The notes: generated by a model not told the origin, from the letters alone. DNA of 64,000 bases from a virus (IMGVR_UViG_3300021963_000055:1-64000), one strand, 5' to 3'; counted from the stretch's first letter, positions 6,802-16,457 are shown. Numbers and translations are program-made.

Positions 6802-7164
6802 TTAAACTCTAGAGTAACAGATTCTCGCCACTCCCTGTCCAGGGTGAGCAATAGTAGAGAATGCCCCGTAGGACAGGTCGAGGTCTCGTCCTCCGACATA
6901 TGGACCTCTATCATTCACTCGCACAATAACTGACTTACCATTACTTTGATTTGTAACACGTAACCTAGTACCGAATGGAAGCCACCTATGTGCAACAGAT
7001 CGACCATATGCATTATATCTTTCACCGTTTGCGGTGGTTTGGCCGTGATATCCATCACCTACACCATAATGTGACGCCAGGGAACATCCGCTGGCAGCTT
7101 CAGCTTTTTGGGGCGTAAATCCAAGAAGTGTTGAAGCAATGAGAAGTGTTGAAATAAAACGCAT
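6802..7164 (-). CDS. rlpA: RlpA-like lytic transglycosylase (double-psi beta-barrel)
   Basis: Signal peptide; ASHYG..YHG.TTANGERY, AHRWLPFGT, VRVNDRGPY..GRDLDLS. Confidence 0.92.
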   Translation of the reverse strand: MRFISTLLIASTLLGFTPQKAEAASGCSLASHYGVGDGYHGQTTANGERYNAYGRSVAHRWLPFGTRLRVTNQSNGKSVIVRVNDRGPYVGGRDLDLSYGAFSTIAHPGQGVARICYSRV

Positions 7165-7283
7165 TTAAATTAATAGAACTCTACATCCCAATAGAAGGGG
7201 GGTACACCCACCTCTCGATGGGCACCTTCCTGGGCACAAAATGATAACACTCAACCGCATATAATAAAAATTGGTGTTATCAA

Positions 7284-7365
7284 TGGGTAGGGAGGGATTT
7301 GAACCCCCGTAGGCAGAGCCAACGGATTTACAGTCCGCCTCCATTAACCACTCGGACACCTACCC
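7284..7365 (-). tRNA. tRNA-Tyr(GUA)
   Basis: Type II cloverleaf with long variable arm; loop CTGTAAA. Confidence 0.95.
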
Positions 7366-7374
7366 GATAACAAA

Positions 7375-7403
7375 ATGTTACCACACTTTCATCAGGTTGT
7401 CAA
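7375..7403 (-). promoter_or_regulatory. Sigma70-type promoter heading the tRNA cluster
   Basis: TTGACA-N17-TAACAT with extended TG. Confidence 0.7.
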
Positions 7404-7429
7404 GGTACTTGGGATATTTATAAACCTTA

Positions 7430-8122
7430 TCAGGGTTGGAAAACCCTACCCCATCCATCGTTTCCTTTTGGACACCATCTACGAGATAGTTCGGATCTCT
7501 TGTATACAGCTCCTTTTCCATTGTTTACTGAGCCTGTATAACCATCATTTAAAGAACCGTATGGATCATTAACTACATAATCTCCTGCTGGAGTCTTGCC
7601 AATAACTACAACCATGTGCCCACCAGTAGGTGCAGAAAGAGATCCCCTATGAAGGATACCAATAACAACGGGTCTTCCTGCAGCTAGTTCTCTATCAAGA
7701 TCATTAAAAGTTAATGAATATGAGAATGAAGACTTAATTCCATATGATGCAAGAACTTTAGTTTGAACTAGATGATCTGTAGTATCTCCAATAGCAAATA
7801 CTTTTTGAACATATGCATCGTCACCTTTAGATCCTTTTAACGTGCCTGGTTTAAAATATTCAAGACACATAGCACAACTAGAACTGTTACAAGTACGGTT
7901 AGCATCTCTGTAATTATCGGTTTGTGGAAAGAATGGAACTTCTAGAATATTTGATTTTGGTTTATCTGGTTTAGATCTATAGATTCTTACCCAATTGGAT
8001 TCATCTTCAAGAAGACTTTTAACAGAAGCGTCTAGATCTTTTTCAAATTGTTCTACTGCAGCAACATGCTTTGGATTGTTCTCGTCGTAATGTTTAAAAA
8101 AGTTGTGTAAATCAATTTTCAT
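7430..8122 (-). CDS. C39-like cysteine peptidase (candidate endolysin)
   Basis: Q...RTCNSSSCAM, GGHMVVVIG, VNDPYG catalytic Cys-His-Asp pattern. Confidence 0.8.
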   Translation of the reverse strand: MKIDLHNFFKHYDENNPKHVAAVEQFEKDLDASVKSLLEDESNWVRIYRSKPDKPKSNILEVPFFPQTDNYRDANRTCNSSSCAMCLEYFKPGTLKGSKGDDAYVQKVFAIGDTTDHLVQTKVLASYGIKSSFSYSLTFNDLDRELAAGRPVVIGILHRGSLSAPTGGHMVVVIGKTPAGDYVVNDPYGSLNDGYTGSVNNGKGAVYKRSELSRRWCPKGNDGWGRVFQP

Positions 8123-8457
8123 TTTAGTTCTCCGAATAGTTTGATAAAGTATTCTGCATCAACAACAACTAAAGGTTTCTTGTGATTCTTTTTCATGACT
8201 ACAATAGGTTCATAATCACCTGAGTTAGCTTTAGCTTGTTCATAAGCTTCCCATACATTTAATCTTTCGCAATTTTTGCACTCGATGGAAAAAGGAAACT
8301 TACTTCTAGCAGCTCTGGCCATGATTAAGTCTTCACCACCAGCACCCATAGATCTAGATTCAATATCTTCAGGATGTATCTCTAGTTGTTCTATGAGTTG
8401 TTCTCTAACCCATTTCTGCAAATTCCTACCTTTAGCTTTAGCACTCTGAGGTTTCAT
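8119..8457 (-). CDS. PD-(D/E)XK nuclease, Holliday-junction-resolvase-like
   Basis: KAKGR..., GEDL, SIECKN motifs. Confidence 0.75.
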   Translation of the reverse strand: MKPQSAKAKGRNLQKWVREQLIEQLEIHPEDIESRSMGAGGEDLIMARAARSKFPFSIECKNCERLNVWEAYEQAKANSGDYEPIVVMKKNHKKPLVVVDAEYFIKLFGELK

Positions 8458-8489
8458 TATATATCTCTAAGTATTATCTAAGATATTTA

Positions 8490-8545
8490 TCTGAACCCTG
8501 ACAGAGTTATTATACAGGGTTTTATGGGTCTTGTCAAGCCCCCCC
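8490..8545 (-). promoter_or_regulatory. Strong sigma70 promoter with conserved flanks (copy 1)
   Basis: G7-C-TTGACA-N17-TATAAT-AACTCTGTCAGGGTTCAGA. Confidence 0.8.
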
Positions 8546-8613
8546 TATCGAAAATCCTTAATAGGTCAGAAAACAGGCTTTTTTTCCACGGTTTTACTAG
8601 GAGTTTGAGCCAT

Positions 8614-8642
8614 AAAAAAGAGGGTTGGTTAAACCCTCTTTT
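8614..8642. terminator. Bidirectional intrinsic terminator
   Basis: AAAAAAGAGGGTT-GGTT-AAACCCTCTTTT. Confidence 0.75.
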
Positions 8643-8650
8643 GATTATTG

Positions 8651-9751
8651 TCACGTACCCTTTTGTCTTTGCATATCAGAATATTTACCAACAAGATTTC
8701 CTTCCCTATCTTGTTTATACTTTTGCTCAAACTTTTCACCCTTTTTCTGCTTCATACCTCTTGCAAATTGATGCATTAATCCAAGTGGGCGATCAGACAT
8801 ACCTTCAACAATTACATCAATCCACTCTTCACTCATGTTTACCATGATAGCCTGTGCAGCTTCTGGAGTTTCTGCATAACCTTCCTCTAGAAGATGCTCA
8901 AGAACTACATCATACACATCTACATCTTCACCAAGTCTTGATGCTAGCTTACCTGCGCCAGAAGCTACCTTTCTAGCAACTCTGCCGACTAGGCTCTTAC
9001 CAGATTTTTTCGCAGCAGATCCCGCTGCTTGCATCTTAGCCTGAGCAGCATCACTAGAAGACTTAGTTTTTGCTACTGCAGCTTGACCTGCAGACTTAAC
9101 TGCACCCTTAGCTTTATTTACACCACGCTGAAGCTTATTTGCAGCTCTTTGTGCTAGATGTCCAACTACAGCAGAACGAACTCCTCTGCGGCCAGCAGGA
9201 TCCTTAGAAGCCTGCTTCATTCCGATAGCACTTCTGTTAAGTGCTTGACCTTTCTTACCAGATACTAGCTTATGCTTAGCTGCATAATCTCCTGCAGCAG
9301 TATCTACAGCCTTTCTAGCTTTCTCTACACCACTCTTGATTGCGCCCTTAACACGAGCTGCAGCCTTACCAGGAGCGTCTTTAACTGCTTGTGCTTGGCG
9401 CTGGCGAGCAGCAGAAACCACCGCACTACGTCTTGCTTGCTGACGCATTGCGGTGCCCTGACCAGTGGTTACTGGTGCTGAACGCTTATCTGAGCTGAGC
9501 TTGGTGTATCCACCACGACCAGTAGTTACTGTAGCTTCAGAAAGAAGATCTTCAAATGCTTCTTCGATCTCATCGAGATCAAAGCCTTCTTCCATCATAG
9601 CTTCGATTGTTTCATCAACAATCTCTTCTAGCTCTTCATCATAAAGATAATCAATATCTTCAAATAGTTCGGTTTCTTCTGCTAGAGTTTCTCTTAGATC
9701 ATCGTTATAAACGGCGAAATAAGACTCGTATAGTTTTTGAGTACTTGTCAT
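8651..9751 (-). CDS. Putative capsid-internal protein (acidic helical modules plus Lys/Arg/Ala-rich region)
   Basis: Late promoter; YDVVLEHLLEEGYA..EAA.AIMVNMSEEW module; L/I-x-E sites. Confidence 0.65.
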   Translation of the reverse strand: MTSTQKLYESYFAVYNDDLRETLAEETELFEDIDYLYDEELEEIVDETIEAMMEEGFDLDEIEEAFEDLLSEATVTTGRGGYTKLSSDKRSAPVTTGQGTAMRQQARRSAVVSAARQRQAQAVKDAPGKAAARVKGAIKSGVEKARKAVDTAAGDYAAKHKLVSGKKGQALNRSAIGMKQASKDPAGRRGVRSAVVGHLAQRAANKLQRGVNKAKGAVKSAGQAAVAKTKSSSDAAQAKMQAAGSAAKKSGKSLVGRVARKVASGAGKLASRLGEDVDVYDVVLEHLLEEGYAETPEAAQAIMVNMSEEWIDVIVEGMSDRPLGLMHQFARGMKQKKGEKFEQKYKQDREGNLVGKYSDMQRQKGT

Positions 9752-9782
9752 GGGAATTTTTATAAATGTTACTTTATAGTAT

Positions 9783-9790
9783 TATTTATA
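9783..9790 (-). promoter_or_regulatory. T4-type late promoter
   Basis: TATAAATA. Confidence 0.75.
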
Positions 9791-9806
9791 AAAACTCCCG
9801 TATTGA

Positions 9807-10967
9807 CTATAGTTTGAAGCCAGAGAAAGTATCGTTCTTCATGTCTTGTTTGATACCACCAATCACATAAGATTCAATCTCTGTTTCCTGTGGGGCATTC
9901 TGCATCATCTTAGAATTCAGCCAATGCTCAGTCCAAGGTAGTGGATTGTTTGACATAGAAATATCAAACTCTGGCTTGAGACCAATAGCTTTCATTCTAC
10001 GATTTGCAATATACTCAACATATGAAGATAGTAGCTTTGCATTCAGACCAATCATAGATCCATCTTTAAACAGATACTCAGCCCAAGCTTTCTCTTCATT
10101 TACTGCACGAAGATACATCTGACGTACATTGTCTTGCTCTTCTTCAATAATTTCAAGCATCTGAGGATCATCACCATTCTTCCAGTTCTTGATGATATTC
10201 TGAGTGATGACTAGGTGCTGAGATTCATCACGAGCAATCAAGCCAATGATCTTAGCAGATCCTTCCATAAGCTTAAGTTCACCAAATGCAAATGAACATG
10301 CAAAGGAAACATAGAATCGAATACCTTCAAGAATATTCACATTCATTACTGCACGATATAGTTTCCTCTTAACTTCTTTCAGCTCAAGGTTTGCAGTAGT
10401 ATGATCCCCAAGTTCCCATAATGTACCTCCACCCCATTGCTGAGCAGATTCAATTAACTCATCATATGCTTGAGTCACACTAGTTGCACGTTCTAGAATC
10501 TTTTCATCATCAAGAATAGTATCAAATACTTCAGTTACATCTGAGTATACATTCTTGATAATGTATGTATATGAACGACTATGAATCATCTCCATAGTTT
10601 CCCAGATGGTCATGCAAGCTTCTAGTTCTGGGAGTGAGCAGTATGGCAGGAATGCCATACCAGGACCACGACCCTGAACGGAATCAAGCATGATCTGATA
10701 CTTCAGATTTGAAGTAAAGATGTGCTTTTGTTCTGAACGAAGTGTTTGATAGTCTGCACGATCTTTTTGGAGGGAGACCTCCTCAGGTCTCCAGAAATAT
10801 CCCAGTTGCTGTTGGGTTAGTTTTTCAAAGATAGGATACTTGTATGAATCATACCTTTGAACTCCTAGAGGTTTACCAAAGAACATTGGTTGCTTTTTGG
10901 TATCTACATGATTGCTGTTGAATACGGTCATTCCTTTGATTTCACTGTTGTTTTTAATGAATTGCAT
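9807..10967 (-). CDS. nrdB: Ribonucleotide reductase class Ia beta subunit
   Basis: FWRPEE, EMIHSRSY, EGIRFYVSF, RDESQH diiron ligands. Confidence 0.97.
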   Translation of the reverse strand: MQFIKNNSEIKGMTVFNSNHVDTKKQPMFFGKPLGVQRYDSYKYPIFEKLTQQQLGYFWRPEEVSLQKDRADYQTLRSEQKHIFTSNLKYQIMLDSVQGRGPGMAFLPYCSLPELEACMTIWETMEMIHSRSYTYIIKNVYSDVTEVFDTILDDEKILERATSVTQAYDELIESAQQWGGGTLWELGDHTTANLELKEVKRKLYRAVMNVNILEGIRFYVSFACSFAFGELKLMEGSAKIIGLIARDESQHLVITQNIIKNWKNGDDPQMLEIIEEEQDNVRQMYLRAVNEEKAWAEYLFKDGSMIGLNAKLLSSYVEYIANRRMKAIGLKPEFDISMSNNPLPWTEHWLNSKMMQNAPQETEIESYVIGGIKQDMKNDTFSGFKL

Positions 10968-10979
10968 GTAAATTCTCCT

Positions 10980-13280
10980 TTAGATTTTGCAGCTTTCACA
11001 ATCATCTTCAACTTCTAATTGAGTTAGTAGCTGAGATAAAGCTTCTCCTTTTTCTTCTACATCTCCGTCAGACTTACTATCATAGGTGTTTTGATAGTAG
11101 CTTGTCTTCCAACCATACTTATAGGTCATAAGTAAATCTTGTGCCATCACGCTAACAGGAACTTCATTATCGGCATAATTTTCTGGATTATACGACCAGT
11201 TTCCAGAAATCGCTTGATCAAAGAACTTTTGCATAACAGCAACAATATTAATGTAACCAGTATTGCTAGACATATCCCAAAGCAGCGTATAGTTCTTTTT
11301 GAGAGTTTGATAACTTGGAACAATCTGCTTGAGAGGTCCTTTCTTTGATTTCTTAACGGACAAGTAATCTCTAGGAGGCTCGATTCCATTTGTCTCGTTT
11401 GACACAACGGAGCTACTCTCCGATGGCATCTGTGCGGACAACGTTGAATGTCGCAATCCAAATGTTTGAATTTCGGTACGTAGAGTCTCCCAATCATGTG
11501 TAAGGTTATTCGGTACGATTTCGTCTACATCTTGCTTATATGTATCAATCGGCAGAATACCCTGAGAATATTTTGTACGATTGAAATACTCACATGCTCC
11601 CTTCTCTTTAGCAAGTTGATTGGATGCTTTGAGAAGATAGTATTGGAATGATTCAGTTAGATCATGAACTAGTTGCCAAGCTTCCTTATCTTCATATTTG
11701 GCTCCGTTGCGAGCCAAGAAGTGAGCCAAACCAATATATCCAATACCAAGAGAACGTCTGGACTCGGTTGAGATACGTGCAGCTTCTACAGGATAGTTTT
11801 GATAGTCAATCAATTCATCTAGAGAACGAACTGAAAGATCACATAGTTCTTCTAATTCAGAGAAGTTGTTGAGTTTGCCAACATTAATTGCAGATAGAAT
11901 ACAAAGTGCAATCTCACCTTTTGAATCATCAATATGATCAATAGGAACTGTTGGAAGTGTGATCTCCTGACAAAGGTTAGACATATTAACTTTGTCAAGG
12001 AAAGATGAGTGTGAATTGCAGTGGTCGATATTCATGATGTAGATACGACCAGTTTCAGCACGTTCTTTTAGGAGGTCCAGAAAGAGTTCTTGAGCAGAGA
12101 TAGTTTTTCTTGGAATAGACTGATCTCGTTCGTAAGATACATATAACTCGTCAAATCCATCAGTACCAAAAGCATCATAAAGCCCAGGAACGTCGTGTGG
12201 TGAGAAGAGTGAAATTTCTTGGTTTTGAATGAATCGTTCATAGAATAGCTTGCTGATTTGAATGCTATAGTCTAACTTACGAACACGGTTATCCTCAGTT
12301 CCTTTGTTATTTTTTAATACTATGATGTCTTCTATTTCTTGGTGCCAAATAGGGAAGTGAACTGTAGCTGACCCACCACGAATGCCGTTTTGAGTGCAAC
12401 ATCTGACCGTCGCTTCAAATTTTTTGAGAAACGGAATGACTCCTGTATGTGCAACCTCTCCTCCACGGATTTTGCTATTGATACCCCTGATTCGGCCTGC
12501 GTTGATACCGATTCCAGCACGCTGAGCCACATAACGGCCAATAGCCATGTCAGAGCTGAAGATAGAATTGAGAGAATCGTTAGAATCAATAAGCACGCAA
12601 GAAGCAAATTGACGAAGAGGGGTTCTAACACCTGCCATGATTGGCGTGGGGATGTTGATTCGGTGCTTGGAGATTGCGTTGTAGTATCGTTTGACATAAT
12701 CTAGTCTCGTTTCCTTTGGATATTCTGCAAACATTACTGCAGAAATGAGCATGTACATGTACTGAGGAGTTTCAAAAATTGTCTTGGAACTCCTGTCCTG
12801 AACCAAATACTTATCTACTACTTGACGAAGACCAGCATAAGTAAAGATATAATCTCTTTCGTGATCCATCCAAGAATTAATTTTATCCCACTCTTCCATA
12901 GAATACTTACTGAGAAGTTCTGCATCGTAAATTCCCAGAGAAACTCCCGCAGTAAGATGATCATGGACATTTGGAAATTCTACTTTCCAATTAGGTCCAA
13001 AGACTTGTTTATATAAACCGAAAAGCAGAAGACGAGCAGCAACATACTGATAATTTGGATTATCGAGACTGATAAGGTCGCTAGCTGACCTAACCAGGAT
13101 TTCTTGGATTTCATCTGTAGTGATTCCGTCGTAAAATTGAATACCTGAATTAATTTCTACTTGAGAAGCACTTACTCCAGCAAGACCTCCACAAGCACAT
13201 TCAACCATATTATGAATTTTATCTAGATCTAGAGGTTCAAGAGTACCATTACGTTTCTTAACTGTAGTACCGTTACTCAT
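10980..13280 (-). CDS. nrdA: Ribonucleotide reductase class Ia alpha subunit
   Basis: N-terminal ATP cone, SNLCQEI, C-terminal CESC. Confidence 0.97.
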   Translation of the reverse strand: MSNGTTVKKRNGTLEPLDLDKIHNMVECACGGLAGVSASQVEINSGIQFYDGITTDEIQEILVRSASDLISLDNPNYQYVAARLLLFGLYKQVFGPNWKVEFPNVHDHLTAGVSLGIYDAELLSKYSMEEWDKINSWMDHERDYIFTYAGLRQVVDKYLVQDRSSKTIFETPQYMYMLISAVMFAEYPKETRLDYVKRYYNAISKHRINIPTPIMAGVRTPLRQFASCVLIDSNDSLNSIFSSDMAIGRYVAQRAGIGINAGRIRGINSKIRGGEVAHTGVIPFLKKFEATVRCCTQNGIRGGSATVHFPIWHQEIEDIIVLKNNKGTEDNRVRKLDYSIQISKLFYERFIQNQEISLFSPHDVPGLYDAFGTDGFDELYVSYERDQSIPRKTISAQELFLDLLKERAETGRIYIMNIDHCNSHSSFLDKVNMSNLCQEITLPTVPIDHIDDSKGEIALCILSAINVGKLNNFSELEELCDLSVRSLDELIDYQNYPVEAARISTESRRSLGIGYIGLAHFLARNGAKYEDKEAWQLVHDLTESFQYYLLKASNQLAKEKGACEYFNRTKYSQGILPIDTYKQDVDEIVPNNLTHDWETLRTEIQTFGLRHSTLSAQMPSESSSVVSNETNGIEPPRDYLSVKKSKKGPLKQIVPSYQTLKKNYTLLWDMSSNTGYINIVAVMQKFFDQAISGNWSYNPENYADNEVPVSVMAQDLLMTYKYGWKTSYYQNTYDSKSDGDVEEKGEALSQLLTQLEVEDDCESCKI

Positions 13281-14257
13281 ACTTTCTTCCATGTAGTAAA
13301 TTGAACTTTAGCTTCCAACCCTTGATATGTGTTTCGTTTAATTATTTGCTGCGGGTTGAGTCCAGCAATAACCATGTCATTGATATCTTTTTCTTTTATA
13401 GTACTTGGCCAGATAACAATTTTTTCTCCTGCATCAATAAGCTTTTCATAACGTTTAACTATTTGTAAATTGCGAGGCTCGTTGTCCAAAATAAAAACTC
13501 TATCCTTGTAGATAGATTTATCTAAATGAACATCAGATCCACACATCGCAATAGCATTAGATAGAAAAAGAGAGTCGAAAGGACCCTCCGTGACATAGAT
13601 AGTTTTATTAAAATCTACAGAATCAAGTCCAAATAGTTTAACGTACTTATCATCCAGGATGGTAGTAATATAGCGTAGTTTTGCAGTTTTGTCAAGAGCC
13701 CTTCCCTGAAATCCAAAAAAGTTTCCACTTTTTGATATGAGGGGAATAACAATTCTAGACTCCTTAATTTTTGTTTCTGTTTTTGCCCAAGCATGAAAAT
13801 CCTCTGTGTAATAAAACTTAGAAAAATATTTTTCTGGTATCTGTCTTTTAGAAAGGTATTCTTTTGCTGGGTGTGAATTATTTAGTTCTGATACTTTCGT
13901 AAGCTCAGATAATGGCGTTTTTTTGAATACAGGCTTTTGAAATTCAAACTTTGGCTCAGCAACATTCATTCCTGCACCAGTCAATCCCGACTTAAATCTT
14001 TCCATGACATACTCATCATGAATAGCAATATCTAGATCTTTTAGAAAGTTTGCAAGAGTGCGTCCTACTCCGCAATTATGGCACTTGTATACCATATTCG
14101 CATTCTTGCGATAGAAAAACCCCCTAGCACGATTTCTGTTTCGTGCGGAATCCCCACAGTAAGGGCATCGAAAATTATATAGATTATCCTTCTTTTTTGC
14201 GAACTTGTCTAGACGAATTGAAATTAGGTTGATGTACTTGGTGTCAATGTAGCTCAT
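13277..14257 (-). CDS. gp61: DNA primase
   Basis: CPYCGD..CHNC zinc finger; TEGPFD TOPRIM; KDIND. Confidence 0.95.
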   Translation of the reverse strand: MSYIDTKYINLISIRLDKFAKKKDNLYNFRCPYCGDSARNRNRARGFFYRKNANMVYKCHNCGVGRTLANFLKDLDIAIHDEYVMERFKSGLTGAGMNVAEPKFEFQKPVFKKTPLSELTKVSELNNSHPAKEYLSKRQIPEKYFSKFYYTEDFHAWAKTETKIKESRIVIPLISKSGNFFGFQGRALDKTAKLRYITTILDDKYVKLFGLDSVDFNKTIYVTEGPFDSLFLSNAIAMCGSDVHLDKSIYKDRVFILDNEPRNLQIVKRYEKLIDAGEKIVIWPSTIKEKDINDMVIAGLNPQQIIKRNTYQGLEAKVQFTTWKKV

Positions 14258-14670
14258 TTAGTGGTGGTCTGCTCTGTCCTCCCACTATAGGGCATCCCAA
14301 CCACATTGTCAATGAAGGGCACGACCAGTCCGACAACTAGCACAACCACCCCAGAGATCGCTGCCACCTGCCACCTGAATTTTAATAAATCTCCAACTGA
14401 TTGTTCTATTTTTTCTACTCTTTTAAGTACAGTTGTATGATCTTCTGTATTAGTTTTTTTAATATCATCTACCATCTTTATAATAACTTCATCAGCTTTA
14501 GATGTTTGTTCTATTCTTTCCTCATGTATAACTAACATCTTACTAATGTTTTGACTTGTTTCACTTATCTTTTCGATTGCAGACTCGATCTTTTTCATCA
14601 TTTGTTCGTAGATACTAAGTCTTTCTTCTAGTAATGCAATTTTTGTTTCGGTGGCAGAATTCTGAAACAT
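14254..14670 (-). CDS. Coiled-coil protein with C-terminal TM helix
   Basis: Heptad region then AAISGVVVLVVGLVVPF. Confidence 0.75.
   Translation of the reverse strand: MFQNSATETKIALLEERLSIYEQMMKKIESAIEKISETSQNISKMLVIHEERIEQTSKADEVIIKMVDDIKKTNTEDHTTVLKRVEKIEQSVGDLLKFRWQVAAISGVVVLVVGLVVPFIDNVVGMPYSGRTEQTTTK
14284..14312 (-). promoter_or_regulatory. Sigma70-type promoter for primase/nrdAB
   Basis: TTGACA-N17-TATAGT inside the upstream gene. Confidence 0.7.
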
Positions 14671-14684
14671 AGTTCCTCTTAGAG

Positions 14685-15071
14685 TTATTGTGCGGGTTGA
14701 GTTCCTCTGGAGGATGCAAAAGTTGCAATTTTTTCAAATCCAGCAGAAGATGAATTGATAGTTTTAATCATCTTAACTCGATTACTAGCGTTTAGATTTC
14801 TATACAAGTCAATCATTTTATTTGCATTATCAGGAGAAACCTGAACTTTTTCTCCATTGTCAAACATTACAACACCTTGCTGGCCACTTAATGTAATTTG
14901 TTTTAACTGGTCAACTACTTTACCACCACTTTCAACCAATGTTTGTTCATTCATTTTTTTTCTTTTTTTCTTTTTAGATGCAGGGATTCCAGGTGGTTCT
15001 ACACTAGGAGGAATTGATACGGCAGAACCATCTCCCACACAATTAACAGCAACTTCTTCATTGTAATTCAT
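14685..15071 (-). CDS. Hypothetical protein (possible processed head protein)
   Basis: EE..AVN.VGDG N-terminal module, basic linker, second domain after LVE. Confidence 0.7.
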   Translation of the reverse strand: MNYNEEVAVNCVGDGSAVSIPPSVEPPGIPASKKKKRKKMNEQTLVESGGKVVDQLKQITLSGQQGVVMFDNGEKVQVSPDNANKMIDLYRNLNASNRVKMIKTINSSSAGFEKIATFASSRGTQPAQ

Positions 15072-15430
15072 ATCTTGTTAAGTTCCTCCAAACAATATAA
15101 ATCTGGATCTATGTTAGTAATAACGTCTTCTTCAAGTCTGTTTAAAAACAACATAAATGATTTTAGATATTTCCAATATTGAGTTTCTATTTTAAAGAAC
15201 AATATTGGAGTTGCTGCATCACCAAAAATATTATAAACAACAATAATATGATTTAACAAAAGATGAGTTTTGAGAATACCTGTTTTATCATATCTTTTAA
15301 GTAATCTTTTAATATACTTAAATCTTTTCAAGTCTTCAAAAAAATCATCTTTTGTCATCGCATTTGGGTTGTCATAATGTTTTATTGCAAATAACAAAAA
15401 GTTATCATCATTCAACTCATTAAATCTCAT
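15068..15430 (-). CDS. Conserved T4-like hypothetical protein
   Basis: FAIKHYDNP...EDLKRFKYIKRLL...LLLNHII. Confidence 0.8.
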   Translation of the reverse strand: MRFNELNDDNFLLFAIKHYDNPNAMTKDDFFEDLKRFKYIKRLLKRYDKTGILKTHLLLNHIIVVYNIFGDAATPILFFKIETQYWKYLKSFMLFLNRLEEDVITNIDPDLYCLEELNKI

Positions 15431-15436
15431 TTGTTA

Positions 15437-16045
15437 TCATGCATAAGTTAAAGTAGCTGCTGCTGAGATAACTTCTTCAGTGCCACCAGCAGAATTAATC
15501 TTCACACGGAACTTGTAACCATTATAGGTTGCCTTAGCAGCTGCAGTGAGTGTAAGAGTATCTGTAGTTGTATCAGAATACACTCCAGTGTCAGTAAGGT
15601 TTGTCCACTTAGTTGTCTGTGTAGCAGTTTGAACTTGCCACTGATAAGTAAGAGTTCCAGGTGTTCCAGTTGTAGAAGTTGTTACTGCAAACGTTCCAGT
15701 ATATGGAGTTGTAGCACCAGTAACATCTGCTGGTTGTGCAGTAATAGTCACTGCAGATGCTACGTCAGCTGCGATAGTATCATCAGTTTGAGTTTCATTT
15801 GCATTGGTATCTGGATTTGCAAGAGCTACAAGCTTTTCTGCTTTGTGGCGAGTATTTCCTGCAGCATCAGTATATGTAAAATATGACCACCAACCAGGAC
15901 CATCAATTCCACGCTGACGGTTTTCATTTAGTTGAGCTTCAGTTTCATCAACAAAGACAATAGTTTTTGCTTGTGATGAAGAAGCAATTGTTGTTTCAAC
16001 TTTTGACTTATTAGCGTTTGAATCAGTTCTTCCGTATAGAGACAT
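15437..16045 (-). CDS. Ig-like domain virion protein
   Basis: ITAQP...LTYQWQ...LTL..YNGYKFRV Ig fold; late promoter upstream. Confidence 0.8.
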   Translation of the reverse strand: MSLYGRTDSNANKSKVETTIASSSQAKTIVFVDETEAQLNENRQRGIDGPGWWSYFTYTDAAGNTRHKAEKLVALANPDTNANETQTDDTIAADVASAVTITAQPADVTGATTPYTGTFAVTTSTTGTPGTLTYQWQVQTATQTTKWTNLTDTGVYSDTTTDTLTLTAAAKATYNGYKFRVKINSAGGTEEVISAAATLTYA

Positions 16046-16079
16046 TTAACAATCCTCTGAAAAATATTTTTTCTATTAA

Positions 16080-16087
16080 TATTTATA
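16080..16087 (-). promoter_or_regulatory. T4-type late promoter
   Basis: TATAAATA directly after a terminator hairpin (about 16088-16110). Confidence 0.7.
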
Positions 16088-16099
16088 AAAAATGGGGAG

Positions 16100-16252
16100 T
16101 TACCTCCCCAAAAGCTTTTTGATAGTGTTTTTTGTAAAATCTATTACTGTATTTTCTTTGAATCGTTTAGTTTTTCCTAAGTATTCTGAACCTGCTAGGA
16201 GTAGAATTAAAATTAATTCTACTCCCCAGTTCAGCAATAAACATTCAATCAC
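16100..16252 (-). CDS. 50-aa membrane peptide, holin-like
   Basis: Manual translation (GTG) MIECLLLNWGVELILILLLAGSEYLGKTKRFKENTVIDFTKNTIKKLLGR; GTGA overlap. Confidence 0.55.
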   Translation of the reverse strand: MIECLLLNWGVELILILLLAGSEYLGKTKRFKENTVIDFTKNTIKKLLGR

Positions 16253-16422
16253 TTACAATTTTTGAGAAGTGCAGTTCTTACAGTTACAGCAATTACATCA
16301 TCAATATCATTATCAGTAGTAGCTACATAACGATCAAGAAGTTGACATACTAGCTTTTTAGTATGGCAGCTATTCATAGCTGCTAGAAGTAGTGGTTTTA
16401 CTAATTCTACAAGTACTCCCAT
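16249..16422 (-). CDS. 57-aa hypothetical protein (MGVLVELVKPLLLAAM...TTDNDIDD...)
   Basis: Manual translation; AGGAGG SD; late-like ATAAATA upstream. Confidence 0.75.
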   Translation of the reverse strand: MGVLVELVKPLLLAAMNSCHTKKLVCQLLDRYVATTDNDIDDVIAVTVRTALLKNCK

Positions 16423-16457
16423 GATGTCCTCCTATAGTGGATCTATTTATATTTATC

